NCBI RefSeq assembly: GCF_001194135.2
Contig: NC_068990.1
Location: 76,197,763 to 76,261,762 of the forward strand
DNA from: Octopus bimaculoides
Lineage: Eukaryota
Reading direction: 5' to 3'
DNA length: 64,000 bases
Part shown: one piece after another, positions 13,049 to 24,789 of the stretch
How the letters are laid out: every line of letters starts with the position of its first letter
How positions within the stretch are numbered: the stretch's first letter is position 1
Made by a program: the position numbers and the translations under genes
Notes under the pieces: generated by a model
Told to the model about the DNA's origin: nothing
Database searches by the model: none
Seen by the model: the letters and a program-made list of their open reading frames with translations, nothing else

Positions 13049-13235
13049 TATATTTTTATATGCCTGCATAAATGGAATATACACATGAACACATATGTAG
13101 GCACACGCGAATAGTTTCAGATAACTGTAATTCCAAAGAGCTAACATAACTTAATAAAGGAGCCTTGCCACTTCGTTAGAGACAATCTTGCATTCTATAA
13201 ATGAAAATAAATTAATACATAAATAAATGAATACA

Positions 13236-13286
<51 letters not shown>

Positions 13287-13299
13287 ACACATATGTATG

Positions 13300-13745
13300 T
13301 ACAATCGAAAATGTCAGCTAACCTGCGAATATGACTATTCCTTCCAACATCAAGATGGAGCTTCCATATTTGGGTTTCAAAACCATACCAGCCACAGAAC
13401 TAGACGCCACCGCATAGTACCACGGATTCCATCGCCTCTAATTAGAGTAAGTATTGTAACTTAGGTTTCAAAGGCCTACAACTTTTCAACACCCTAAAAA
13501 AACAGCCTGAGGGACCTGTGAGATATAGATGTGGATGTTTTCAAAGAAATTTTGAACAAATTTCTATTATCTGATGTACCAAGTGAACTCCCATCGCGGA
13601 AGTAATCACAAAGAAGAATATCTCTGTCCCACTCGCAACTTTCGGAGAGAAAACCAGGAAGTGAGTGTGAAATATAACCAATCACACTAAAGGCGGTACC
13701 CCAGCATGACTACAGTTTCTGACTGACACCAACAAAAGCCAAAGC
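13300..13745 (+). mobile_element. APE-type LINE 3' end (CR1/L2/Proto2-like group; clade not resolved)
   Basis: GFKGLQLFNTL...SLRDL*DIDVDVFKEILNKFLLSDVPSE resembles the GPxLFNxLPxxLR...FKxxLDxFLxxVPDEP ORF2 terminus; followed by a 3' UTR ending ctaaaggcggtaccccagcatgactacagt..tgactga. Confidence 0.7.
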
Positions 13746-15722
13746 AAAAAGCTACTTTGAAATCAGCAGATTTCCTACCTTGACTATAAATTCACATTTG
13801 GTATCAATATTTAGTGCTGCGCTATTCTAATAAAAGTTTGGGTGAGAACTTTAAAAAGCTAGGATTCTGAAGCAAAGTAATGTAGCTAGCAAGCATGCAT
13901 CTAGAAATACATTTTGCAATCGGAACAGTAAAGATATCCGAGACTTTTCCTCCGAAGTTAAACATGTAACGCTTTCTTCTGCTGTCGTCCAAAATCTAAG
14001 TATGGAACTTTGTTTCTTTCATAGGAACTGGCTACTTTCTGGTGAGAAAGCAGATAATTGGGGGGGAAAAAAAAGACCGAGACATACGTAAAGACAGACA
14101 CACCTATACATACAAACATTCACAATACATACCTATACACATAAAGCTATAGTTGCTGGTAATAGAAATATATAGGAATATATTGGCAATGTTGTTGAAT
14201 TCACAACACATTACCACGTGGCAATTCTATAAACTCCAACAAAACTTAATTAAAAAAAAGGAAGGAAAAGAAAAGCAGAATTTCTGTACACGTATCGTAA
14301 TTTTCAGTTTAGTATGTTTTCCGTATTGTTGTTCTTGTTATTCTTGTTGTTGGAATGGTGGTGGTTTTAATTTCAGACACTAATTCCACAGTTTATATGT
14401 CGACTATTATTTTTTTCACGCCAAGCCCACCCAACATTCTGTGCTTATATCTTGTCTGGTTCGTGTCTCCAATCATTAATATAATAAAACGTCATCAGCA
14501 TATGTCTGTTCCCATGACATTAAAAATCTATATTAATAACGTATACATGTATGTATATATTGTATAACTTTATATATATATATATATATATATNNNNNNN
14601 NNNNNNNNNNNNNNNNNNNNNNNNNNNNNNNNNNNNNNNNNNNNNNNNNNNNNNNNNNNNNNNNNNNNNNNNNNNNNNNNNNNNNNNNNNNNNNNNNNNN
14701 NNNNNNNNNNNNNNNNNNNNNNNNNNNNNNNNNNNNNNNNNNNNNNNNNNNNNNNNNNNNNNNNNNNNNNNNNNNNNNNNNNNNNNNNNNNNNNNNNNNN
14801 NNNNNNNNNNNNNNNNNNNNNNNNNNNNNNNNNNNNNNNNNNNNNNNNNNNNNNNNNNNNNNNNNNNNNNNNNNNNNNNNNNNNNNNNNNNNNNNNNNNN
14901 NNNNNNNNNNNNNNNNNNNNNNNNNNNNNNNNNNNNNNNNNNNNNNNNNNNNNNNNNNNNNNNNNNNNNNNNNNNNNNNNNNNNNNNNNNNNNNNNNNNN
15001 NNNNNNNNNNNNNNNNNNNNNNNNNNNNNNNNNNNNNNNNNNNNNNNNNNNNNNNNNNNNNNNNNNNNNNNNNNNNNNNNNNNNNNNNNNNNNNNNNNNN
15101 NNNNNNNNNNNNNNNNNNNNNNNNNNNNNNNNNNNNNNNNNNNNNNNNNNNNNNNNNNNNNNNNNNNNNNNNNNNNNNNNNNNNNNNNNNNNNNNNNNNN
15201 NNNNNNNNNNNNNNNNNNNNNNNNNNNNNNNNNNNNNNNNNNNNNNNNNNNNNNNNNNNNNNNNNNNNNNNNNNNNNNNNNNNNNNNNNNNNNNNNNNNN
15301 NNNNNNNNNNNNNNNNNNNNNNNNNNNNNNNNNNNNNNNNNNNNNNNNNNNNNNNNNNNNNNNNNNNNNNNNNNNNNNNNNNNNNNNNNNNNNNNNNNNN
15401 NNNNNNNNNNNNNNNNNNNNNNNNNNNNNNNNNNNNNNNNNNNNNNNNNNNNNNNNNNNNNNNNNNNNNNNNNATATATATATATATATATATATATACG
15501 CATATACATATCTCTGAATACAGTTTTAAACATACAAACGCCGCACATACACACACACACATAGACACACACACACAAGTATACATATACACACACAGGG
15601 GGGCACACATATCTTCATATCTTTAATTAAATCATTTAAATATAAAGATAAATGTGTGTGTGTTTGTGTGTGTGTATGTGTGCGTATTAATATAGGTAAA
15701 TGCATATAGAATTAATGTCCAG

Positions 15723-15760
<38 letters not shown>

Positions 15761-16267
15761 GCACATGACTGCATACATACACCCATACACACACACACAT
15801 ATATATATGTATGCGTGCGTGTGTTTATGTAAGTTCGTGTGCGTCAGGAAGAAAACGAAAGGGAGTAATAGTGCGTGTGCGTGCGAATTTGTAGCCTGAC
15901 AACACATATATGAGACAATGAAAGCAAGTCGTCGTAGTATAGCACGGTCGACAACACATGACCTGAGGAGGTCAGAATGAAAGGAAAGAAAAGCAATATG
16001 GTTTCTCCCAAAGCAAGTAGAAATTTTAATTAGGGCCATAGTGTTTGTCTGTAATTATTTAACATCAAATGGTGATAAAATTAATTCTTTACAGGCGTCC
16101 ACTTTCATTAAGCCAAATAAACAAACAACTTATTTGTTAATATCTAATATATAGTGGGTATAATTTATGATTAGTAATGATAATATATACACACACACTC
16201 CCATACGCACATACACACACACACACACTTGCACATACATACATACGCACATGTAAGAGAATCTCTA

Positions 16268-16350
16268 TTGATTTTCTATAGGATTTAGAGCCAGCACTGA
16301 AAGTTACGGCGTTTCGTATACGAATACGCCCATGTAAACAATACAGTCGA
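16268..16350 (+). repeat. Half copy (left arm and centre) of the 50288-50427 inverted-repeat element
   Basis: ttttctataggatttagagccagcactgaaagttacg matches ttttctatagaatttagagccagctctgaaagttacg at 50293. Confidence 0.75.
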
Positions 16351-16638
16351 AGGTAGAAAAAAATTGCTAATGGATGTAGATGCATATTTCAGGAGTTATT
16401 ACTCCTTCTTCAGTACCGGAGCCAACCCATTAACTATTCAGGAATACATTGCTTAAATAGCCACTATTTTTAGCGTGTAACATGATTGGATAGAACAATT
16501 TTACATATTAAACACATGTTACACATGTTAATTTGTGGTAGAGACACCGTAGTTCAGCGACCATAATGTTATGGTTGCAAAACGAAATGCAATGTCCGTA
16601 CCAGCAGTGTAGCTGTGTGGTAACAAGTTTCCATCCCA

Positions 16639-16703
<65 letters not shown>

Positions 16704-16989
16704 GAATGTAATATATACGGACACGTATTCTATAACTCAGTATGACCGAACTTCCCGTAATCCAAATGTCTTATATTCTTCGTCAATCATCTTTGATATT
16801 ATCTATGCATGTCATTCAATTTTGTGAACATTTAATCATGTAAACATGTTTTCTACTTCGCAATCTTAAATTGTTAAAATCCCATTGTTTTATATACGTT
16901 TATACCAAAGAATAACAAAAAAATGTTGAAACTAGTTTAGTATGTATGTAAATAAATTTATTTAAAAGCAATTTTTAATTCAGGTGCAT

Positions 16990-19945
16990 TTTCAAAAACA
17001 AACTCTTCTTTATTTTTCCTGCGTGGAAATACACCCTTTCTTTCCTCATATGTCTACCGTGCAAGAAACGAAAATGCCATCCAAACACATGCACCAGGAT
17101 AACACGACACTCGACAAAATCCCATGTGAACTCCAAGTCATCAACTCAAAACTCACTCTCCTAACAAACTCGATAAAACATTGCGACTGCAAACAAATAT
17201 GCCAGGAAAAGAATGATCCCTACAGACAGAAATTAGTGAAACCCTCAACAAAATCTGTAAATTTTTTGAAACCTCATTAATGCATAAATCTGTAAATAAC
17301 CCAAATCCTAAAAAGGAAAAAGTAACTTCAACTGTCAACAGCCATCCGATATCAAGAAATCTCTACTTCAAGCATGGGCCAAAAATTGTAAAAGCCGTAA
17401 ATTCGCTTTCTGGAACATGTATAGCAGATATACGAGAGATGGCTCAACTCAACTTCCTATATTCTCCCTCTGAAAGCTGCAAATTAAAGCCATCCCCGAT
17501 GAACCAGTAAAACAGAGAAAACTTAAGGAAAAAATTATTCTGGAGAACTTCAAAATGGAGATGGAACTACTGAAACTCAGAGCTCAATCCCACCAAGAAA
17601 AGATTAACTCAATTGATTAAGAGATGGAGGCTGAAATTGCGAAAAAAGCTGGAGAACTTTTTGACATCATCCTACTCTGGAGACAGAATTGTGTGAACGA
17701 GGAAATCATTTCACTTTGATGATGGGAAAAAGCCACGATTGGTTTAATCATTATGAGGTAAAACTCAAGGAGGAATACCAATCTGATAGCACTTTCTTGG
17801 AAAAAATTTAAAATTACGAAACCCGCACAACCAGAGGTAAGTCACTACCGCAAAAATACCCGAATGCCCATCTAGAACAAAGAATAACCAATACGCTCTC
17901 CAGAGCACCATCGAATAACACACCCACTCAAAGATACACAAAGCACTCTAACCCCAGGAACTCTCCATGTCCCAGACGTAACTTCTTCGTGAATGACTTT
18001 TTCAGACAGGACAATAGGAGAAATAGGAACTACCCACGTCCGATAACATCTCACGCAATGAAGACTTCGAACAGGACAAAAGGAAAAATAGTAACTCCTC
18101 TCGCTTGAGACTTACCTTCCACAATGACCACCTCGTCCAAACCCACAATAGATCAAATTTTAATGGAATGACAATCAACAAGAGTACTAATTCGATACAT
18201 CAAAAATCAAGGAAGCATTTTTCAGGCAAATTGGGCCAAAATCGGTACACTCGATGGCACCAATCAGAAGTGAGATCCCGAAGATTATAAATCTCTCACG
18301 TAAATCTTTTCAAACCAATAAATCAAGATGCTTGCAAAAGGACTGAAGTTCAGCCCAGCACCACAAAAATCGTGCCTAAATGAGATACAAAATGATATCC
18401 AGGAATTCTGTAGAAAACTACGTGTTACCGAAGAACTATTTGATAAAGAAACTAATGATCACTCAATACTTCATAATAAAACTAACTACTGTCCGACAAA
18501 AGGAAGAAATAAAACTCTGGATAAATTTTGTGATTTGGGATCCAATTATCCTTATAGTTTACTCCCACTTCGAAAATGTAAAACAAATACAGTTCAAGAA
18601 GAATGGGAAAAAATTAATGATCTCAAGGAAGATCATAATATGATTATAAAAGAAGCCGATAAAGTGGGTGCTGTAGTAATCATGGACTCAGAAAAATACA
18701 TAAACACCACCCTAATCCTCCTTCAAGAAAAACCTACTACGAAAAACTCAACAACTACAGACAGTCCAAGATAAAGGCAAAACTTACTACCCTTATCCAT
18801 AAGTTCCGACAAGATTTAACGGAAAAGGAGAGAGATTACTTAACTAGATTTGACTGTAAAACCAGAAACTTTTACGGACTTCCCAAAATCCACAAAAGTG
18901 GAGCCATAAACGAAGCCTGTAACAAATGAACTTCTTTAGTCGTAAATATTCCACATCCGAGAGATCTCAAAACGAGACCAATTGTGGCTGGTCCCTCGTG
19001 TGAGACACACAGACTTAGTAGCATTATGGATATCCTTCTAAAACCTACAACATATACCGAACTTTATAAGGGATGATCTGGACGTTTTAAACCAGCTCCC
19101 GAACAAAACCAGCAAGGACGCCCTTCTGGTTTCATTCAATGTAATAAGCCTCTACACTTCGATTCCTCACGAAAACTGAATAAAATTCTGGCTAGAAAAA
19201 TCCCTAAATGGCATTCCTGACCGAATCGGAAAACAACTCATCATTGAAGGAATAAAATTAACCCAACAGAACAACTTCTTCAACTTCAACGAGAACACCT
19301 ACAGACAAAAATCGGGTACTACGGCGGGAACGAGGGTAGCCCCAACTTTTGCTAAACTTGTCATGACACGGTTGGATGTCCAAATATACGAGCACGCTAG
19401 ACTGAAATTTGAAGACAGCTTCCAGCACTACTTACTCACCAACTGGAAACGCTACCTGGACGTTTGTTTCCATCTGTGGTTGCATAAGCTTGAGCAACTC
19501 TTAGAATTTAAAAAACTTAATCAACAGCATTAACCATAATATCCAATTTACAAGGCAATACAGCCACAAATAGTTACCCTTCCTGGGCAACTTATTCATA
19601 AAATGAAATTGAAACCGACAGCTACTTCAAACCAACGGACTCAAAACAATATCTTCTATTTTCTGCCTGCCACCCAAAACATACTAAAATCAATATACCG
19701 TCCAACTTGGCAAGAAGAATTTGCATCAAATCTCGAAACCCGAGATAAACGATTCCAAGAACTTAAAAACACATTACTAGAAAGAAAATACCCGGTTAGT
19801 TTAATCAAAAAGGGAATAGAACGCGCAAAAACGATAGACAACCAAGAAAATCCTAAAACCTTATCTTACGTATCAACACACAATCCGAGGAAGATGGAAA
19901 TATACAACATCATCCATCAAAACATACTCCTCCTTACAAATGACC
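16990..19945 (+). mobile_element. Penelope-like element (PLE): N-terminal region, RT and thumb; GIY-YIG region absent; pseudogenised
   Basis: LAKGLKFSPAP...FCRKLR, IIKEADKVGAVVIMD, FYGLPKIHK, RPIVAGPSCETHRLS, SLYTSIPH, FNFNENTYRQKSGT.AGTRVAPTFA, WKRYLD, CHPKHTKINIPSNLARRIC, YVSTHNPR; many stops and frameshifts. Confidence 0.9.
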
Positions 19946-20106
19946 TCCTCCTCTTTTGTTATAAATTCAAATATAAAGTTTCGCTTTTGTGCTTTTTCGC
20001 TACAAATAACCAAAGCACTGAGGAGTTGAAACCAAACGAAACATCATGGCTGCTACTCCTTTGATATTACTTAGGAACTCGGCTCAATTCGTATTTACAC
20101 TCAACT

Positions 20107-20551
20107 CTTTTACTCTTCTACTTGTTTCAGTCATTTGACTGTGGCCATGCTGGAGCACCGCCTTTAGTCGAGCAAATCGACCCCAGGACTTATTGTTTGT
20201 AAGCCTAGTACTTATTCTATCGGCCTCTTTTGCCAAACCGCTAAGTTACGGGGACGTAAACACACCAGCATCGGTTGTCAAGCAATGTTGGGGGGGGGAC
20301 AAACACAGACACACAAACACACAAACTCACACACATATACATACATATACATATATACGATGGGCTTCTCTCAGTTTCCGTCTACCAAATTCACTCACAA
20401 GGCTTTGTTCGGCCCGAGGCTATAGTAGCGGACACTTGCTCAAGGTGCTACGCCGTGGGACTGAACCCGAAACCATATGGTTGGTAGGCAAGCTACTTAC
20501 CACACAGCCACTCCTGCGCCTTGTTACTTACCCCACAGCCATTCCTGCGCC
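20107..20551 (-). mobile_element. Complete SINE family A copy (tRNA head, CORE-like domain, internal microsatellite, LINE-like tail)
   Basis: Head aggcgcaggagtggctgtgtggtaag, B-box gggttcagtccc, CORE-like caccttg(g/a)gcaagtgt, internal (CA/TA)n, tail aaaggcggtgctccagcatggcc.cagtcaaatgactgaaacaagt. Confidence 0.9.
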
Positions 20552-20854
20552 TATAAACTCAACGTCTATGAAGAGAAATTAAATATTTTTGCGAGAAACA
20601 CCCTCAAGTAAATACCTGCTGCCTTCTACTGCGCGAGCACTATCAAAAATAAACACATCTTTATTTTCATCCGCGTTGCTTCTTTCACTTATACTAAACA
20701 ATCTTCAATTTAGCAAGCCTGAGGACACAACCATGTACATTGTTTACTTTTCGTTTGCTCGTGTATAGGAAAACAAATTCCAGCTTAGATGCAAATGAGT
20801 AAGGTGGTTTCTACAACTGAATAGGCAAAATCACACCTAAATGTTAACGGAATT

Positions 20855-21072
20855 TTTTTTGCCGAACTGCCAAGTTACGGTGGTGGTGGACAAAGATGAA
20901 CAGAGACACGTACATATGTACGTATGTACGTATGTATGTATGTATGAATCCACTCGAGGTTTTGGTCGACCCTGATCTATTATAGAAGACATTTCACTAG
21001 GTTCAGTGAGGCCGGATCGAAGGCTGCATGGTTGGGAAGCAAGCATCTCAAGAACAAAGCTACGTCTGTGCC
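20855..21072 (-). mobile_element. Degenerate SINE A copy
   Basis: ttttgccgaac...ttttggtcgaccc...atagaagaca...catggttgggaagcaagc. Confidence 0.6.
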
Positions 21073-21932
21073 TGTGATAAGGTGAGATACTTACAGCACC
21101 TAGGCCCCTTTAAGCGGTTACCCATCTAAATACTAATTAGGCTGTACGTTGTTCAGCTTTTGGTCATCGAACGTGGACCAACTTGCTTTTAAGAGAATGT
21201 GGCCATAAACACTTTGTTAGTCTTCTATTGCCCAGCATTAGCTAGATAGATTCACACGTCACAACAATGACATCACACCCTTCAAATTATTCATTGTTAA
21301 CAACTGGGGGTCATTGTGGGTTCAGAAAGATTTAATTGGGTCAAACATCGGCTAATTTAATCGATAGTACAAACAACAACACGGCGCCCATTCACCGGTT
21401 GAGTGAAAACTATCTTTTTACAAGTTTTATCTACAATGACGATATATGTATTCAGGAATTTTATTATACAATTAACTGAAAGATATAAATACACCATACT
21501 CTGATCTTTCGTACCCTGTAATTCATTGAAATAGCAAAAATAACTTAAATACGTTTGACTTTTGACATCATTTGTTTATTAACACAAAATTGTGACTACT
21601 GTTCTTTTAACTCATCATGAAACCTGATGCTTCTAAAATCACCTTATTTAGATCAAATCAAATAAACGTTCAATTTTATGCTACATTTCGCACGCCTTTT
21701 TTTTTGTTTTGTGTTTGCTGTTTTTTTTTTTGTTTTTTTTTTTTTGTGCTCGAAATCGGCAAAAGAAAAAATATATACGATGAACAGAAATTGCCTGAAC
21801 TCAGATAGGAAATTAAGTGGTCAATTTTATATAGATTTCGTGCTAAACGGTAGCGTTTAGTAAAAGAAATACAATTAAGTGAATTATGCAATTAATCGCT
21901 ATGCATACTTATATACATACATTCGTATATAT

Positions 21933-21965
<33 letters not shown>

Positions 21966-22355
21966 GCATGTATGTGTATGTATACATACATGTGTATATA
22001 TACATTCATACATAGAAGCAGTCATTCACACATAGGTATGTCAGAGTGTGTATGTGCATCAATAGGTGGAATGATATTTGCGTTATTAAATGTTCCACAG
22101 ACGCACAAATATCAGCTCGTTTGATCGCTTCGGTGTGTTGAAGCGTTCAGACGATGGAGTTGCTTTTTTGCCTCTGTGAAAACTTTAGTGATGTAATTTG
22201 TGTGAAACTGTTAATACAAGTATTTAACCTCTACGATAAGTGTTGAATGCTTTTTTCCCCTCCCCACACCACTTTTGGTTGTGCACCTATCACTATGTTT
22301 GCATGTGTATGTGTAGGCGTCTATGTATATATGTATGTGCGTGTGTGCGAGCGTG

Positions 22356-22398
<43 letters not shown>

Positions 22399-23078
22399 TA
22401 NNNNNNNNNNNNNNNNNNNNNNNNNNNNNNNNNNNNNNNNNNNNNNNNNNNNNNNNNNNNNNNNNNNNNNNNNNNNNNNNNNNNNNNNNNNNNNNNNNNN
22501 NNNNNNNNNNNNNNNNNNNNNNNNNNNNNNNNNNNNNNNNNNNNNNNNNNNNNNNNNNNNNNNNNNNNNNNNNNNNNNNNNNNNNNNNNNNNNNNNNNNN
22601 NNNNNNNNNNNNNNNNNNNNNNNNNNNNNNNNNNNNNNNNNNNNNNNNNNNNNNNNNNNNNNNNNNNNNNNNNNNNNNNNNNNNNNNNNNNNNNNNNNNN
22701 NNNNNNNNNNNNNNNNNNNNNNNNNNNNNNNNNNNNNNNNNNNNNNNNNNNNNNNNNNNNNNNNNNNNNNNNNNNNNNNNNNNNNNNNNNNNNNNNNNNN
22801 NNNNNNNNNNNNNNNNNNNNNNNNNNNNNNNNNNNNNNNNNNNNNNNNNNNNNNNNNNNNNNNNNNNNNNNNNNNNNNNNNNNNNNNNNNNNNNNNNNNN
22901 NNNNNNNNNNNNNNNNNNNNNNNNNNNNNNNNNNNNNNNNNNNNNNNNNNNNNNNNNNNNNNNNNNNNNNNNNNNNNNNNNNNNNNNNNNNNNNNNNNNN
23001 NNNNNNNNNNNNNNNNNNNNNNNNNNNNNNNNNNNNNNNNNNNNNNNNNNNNNNNNNNNNNNNNNNNNNNNNNNNNNA

Positions 23079-23174
23079 TATATACGACGGGCTTCTTTTC
23101 AGTTTCCATCTACCAAATCCACTCACAAGGCTTTGGTCGGCCCGAGGCTATAGTAAAAGACAGTTGCCCAAGAT
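23079..23174 (-). mobile_element. SINE A internal fragment
   Basis: tatacgacgggcttcttttcagtttccatctaccaaatccactcacaaggctttggtcggcccgaggctatagt. Confidence 0.85.
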
Positions 23175-23775
23175 GCGAGAAAAATCCTCAAGTAAATACC
23201 TGCCGCCTTCTACTGCGCGAGCACTGTCAAAAATAAACACATCTTTATTTTCATCTTCGTTGCAATAGCTGCTACTGAAAGCTGCATTGGCCATAGTGAA
23301 TACAACCAACACAGTACCACACCAAAAGGCAGAGACAGGAGAACAAACAAAGAAACGGTGAAGACTAACAAGCTTCAAACCCAAGCTTAAGTACTTTATG
23401 CAAAGAAACAGATTATCTGTAAATTCTACCTAAATGGTACCTGTTGGCACGGGGAGAAGGGAGCAGACTGCAAATTTACTCATCCCAAACACCACCAGCT
23501 AAACAAGCTAGATGACCACCCACAACAAATTAAGTGCGAGCGCAGAAAAGGGAGACCAAAAAGCTTGAACCTACATACCCATGATCCACCAAAAACCAAC
23601 AAGACTCACAAGGAAAGAAGTTCATATATTCCTTCTGCTCCCAACAAAAGGCTATATGCAGAGGCTGTGCGAACTGCAGCAGCTGACCAGAAAGCTTTTT
23701 TAAGCATGGCCCATAGAATAATGCATCAACTAACATGGATACAGAGGGTACAGAGTCAACGACGAGAGGGTCAAG
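23174..23775 (+). mobile_element. Probable LINE 5' end: 5' UTR plus ORF1 remnant with CCCH zinc finger
   Basis: Frame from 23406 reads KQIICKFYLNGTCWHGEKGADCKFTHPK (C-x7-C-x8-C-x3-H) and is continuous with ORF 23565-23900; in-frame TAA at 23388; the upstream 90 bp recur at 20590-20679. Confidence 0.55.
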
Positions 23776-24067
23776 GAGGAAGAGTGAGAGAGAGAGAGAG
23801 AAGAATAGGGAAAGGGTTGGAGAGAAAAGCAGAAAGGATGAAGAACAAGAGAAGGAGAGAGATAAACAAGGTAGTGATAGCAGTAGAGTGCGCATTATAA
23901 TTATTAAGATAAAACTTACTTGGAAAAGGATGCGTGGTGTTCGATCATATAATAATATAAATTATATATAAATGTGCATATATACATACATATATGTACA
24001 TACCTACATCTATATGTATACATACATGCATATATGGGTACAGGACATCAAAAAAATGTTATGTATG

Positions 24068-24105
<38 letters not shown>

Positions 24106-24789
24106 TAGANNNNNNNNNNNNNNNNNNNNNNNNNNNNNNNNNNNNNNNNNNNNNNNNNNNNNNNNNNNNNNNNNNNNNNNNNNNNNNNNNNNNNNNNNNN
24201 NNNNNNNNNNNNNNNNNNNNNNNNNNNNNNNNNNNNNNNNNNNNNNNNNNNNNNNNNNNNNNNNNNNNNNNNNNNNNNNNNNNNNNNNNNNNNNNNNNNN
24301 NNNNNNNNNNNNNNNNNNNNNNNNNNNNNNNNNNNNNNNNNNNNNNNNNNNNNNNNNNNNNNNNNNNNNNNNNNNNNNNNNNNNNNNNNNNNNNNNNNNN
24401 NNNNNNNNNNNNNNNNNNNNNNNNNNNNNNNNNNNNNNNNNNNNNNNNNNNNNNNNNNNNNNNNNNNNNNNNNNNNNNNNNNNNNNNNNNNNNNNNNNNN
24501 NNNNNNNNNNNNNNNNNNNNNNNNNNNNNNNNNNNNNNNNNNNNNNNNNNNNNNNNNNNNNNNNNNNNNNNNNNNNNNNNNNNNNNNNNNNNNNNNNNNN
24601 NNNNNNNNNNNNNNNNNNNNNNNNNNNNNNNNNNNNNNNNNNNNNNNNNNNNNNNNNNNNNNTGTGTGTGTGTGTGTACCAGTGAAAAACAGTGAACGAT
24701 GTAATCAATTAATACCCACTCGCCCTGACATTACTGGTTTTGATCAACTATAAAAAGATTTGAAGATCCGATATGGTCAATAATATTAG

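Noticed and set aside
20490-20521. tRNA-like A/B boxes in SINE heads as tRNA genes
   Set aside because: They are SINE heads followed by SINE bodies and lack a complete cloverleaf
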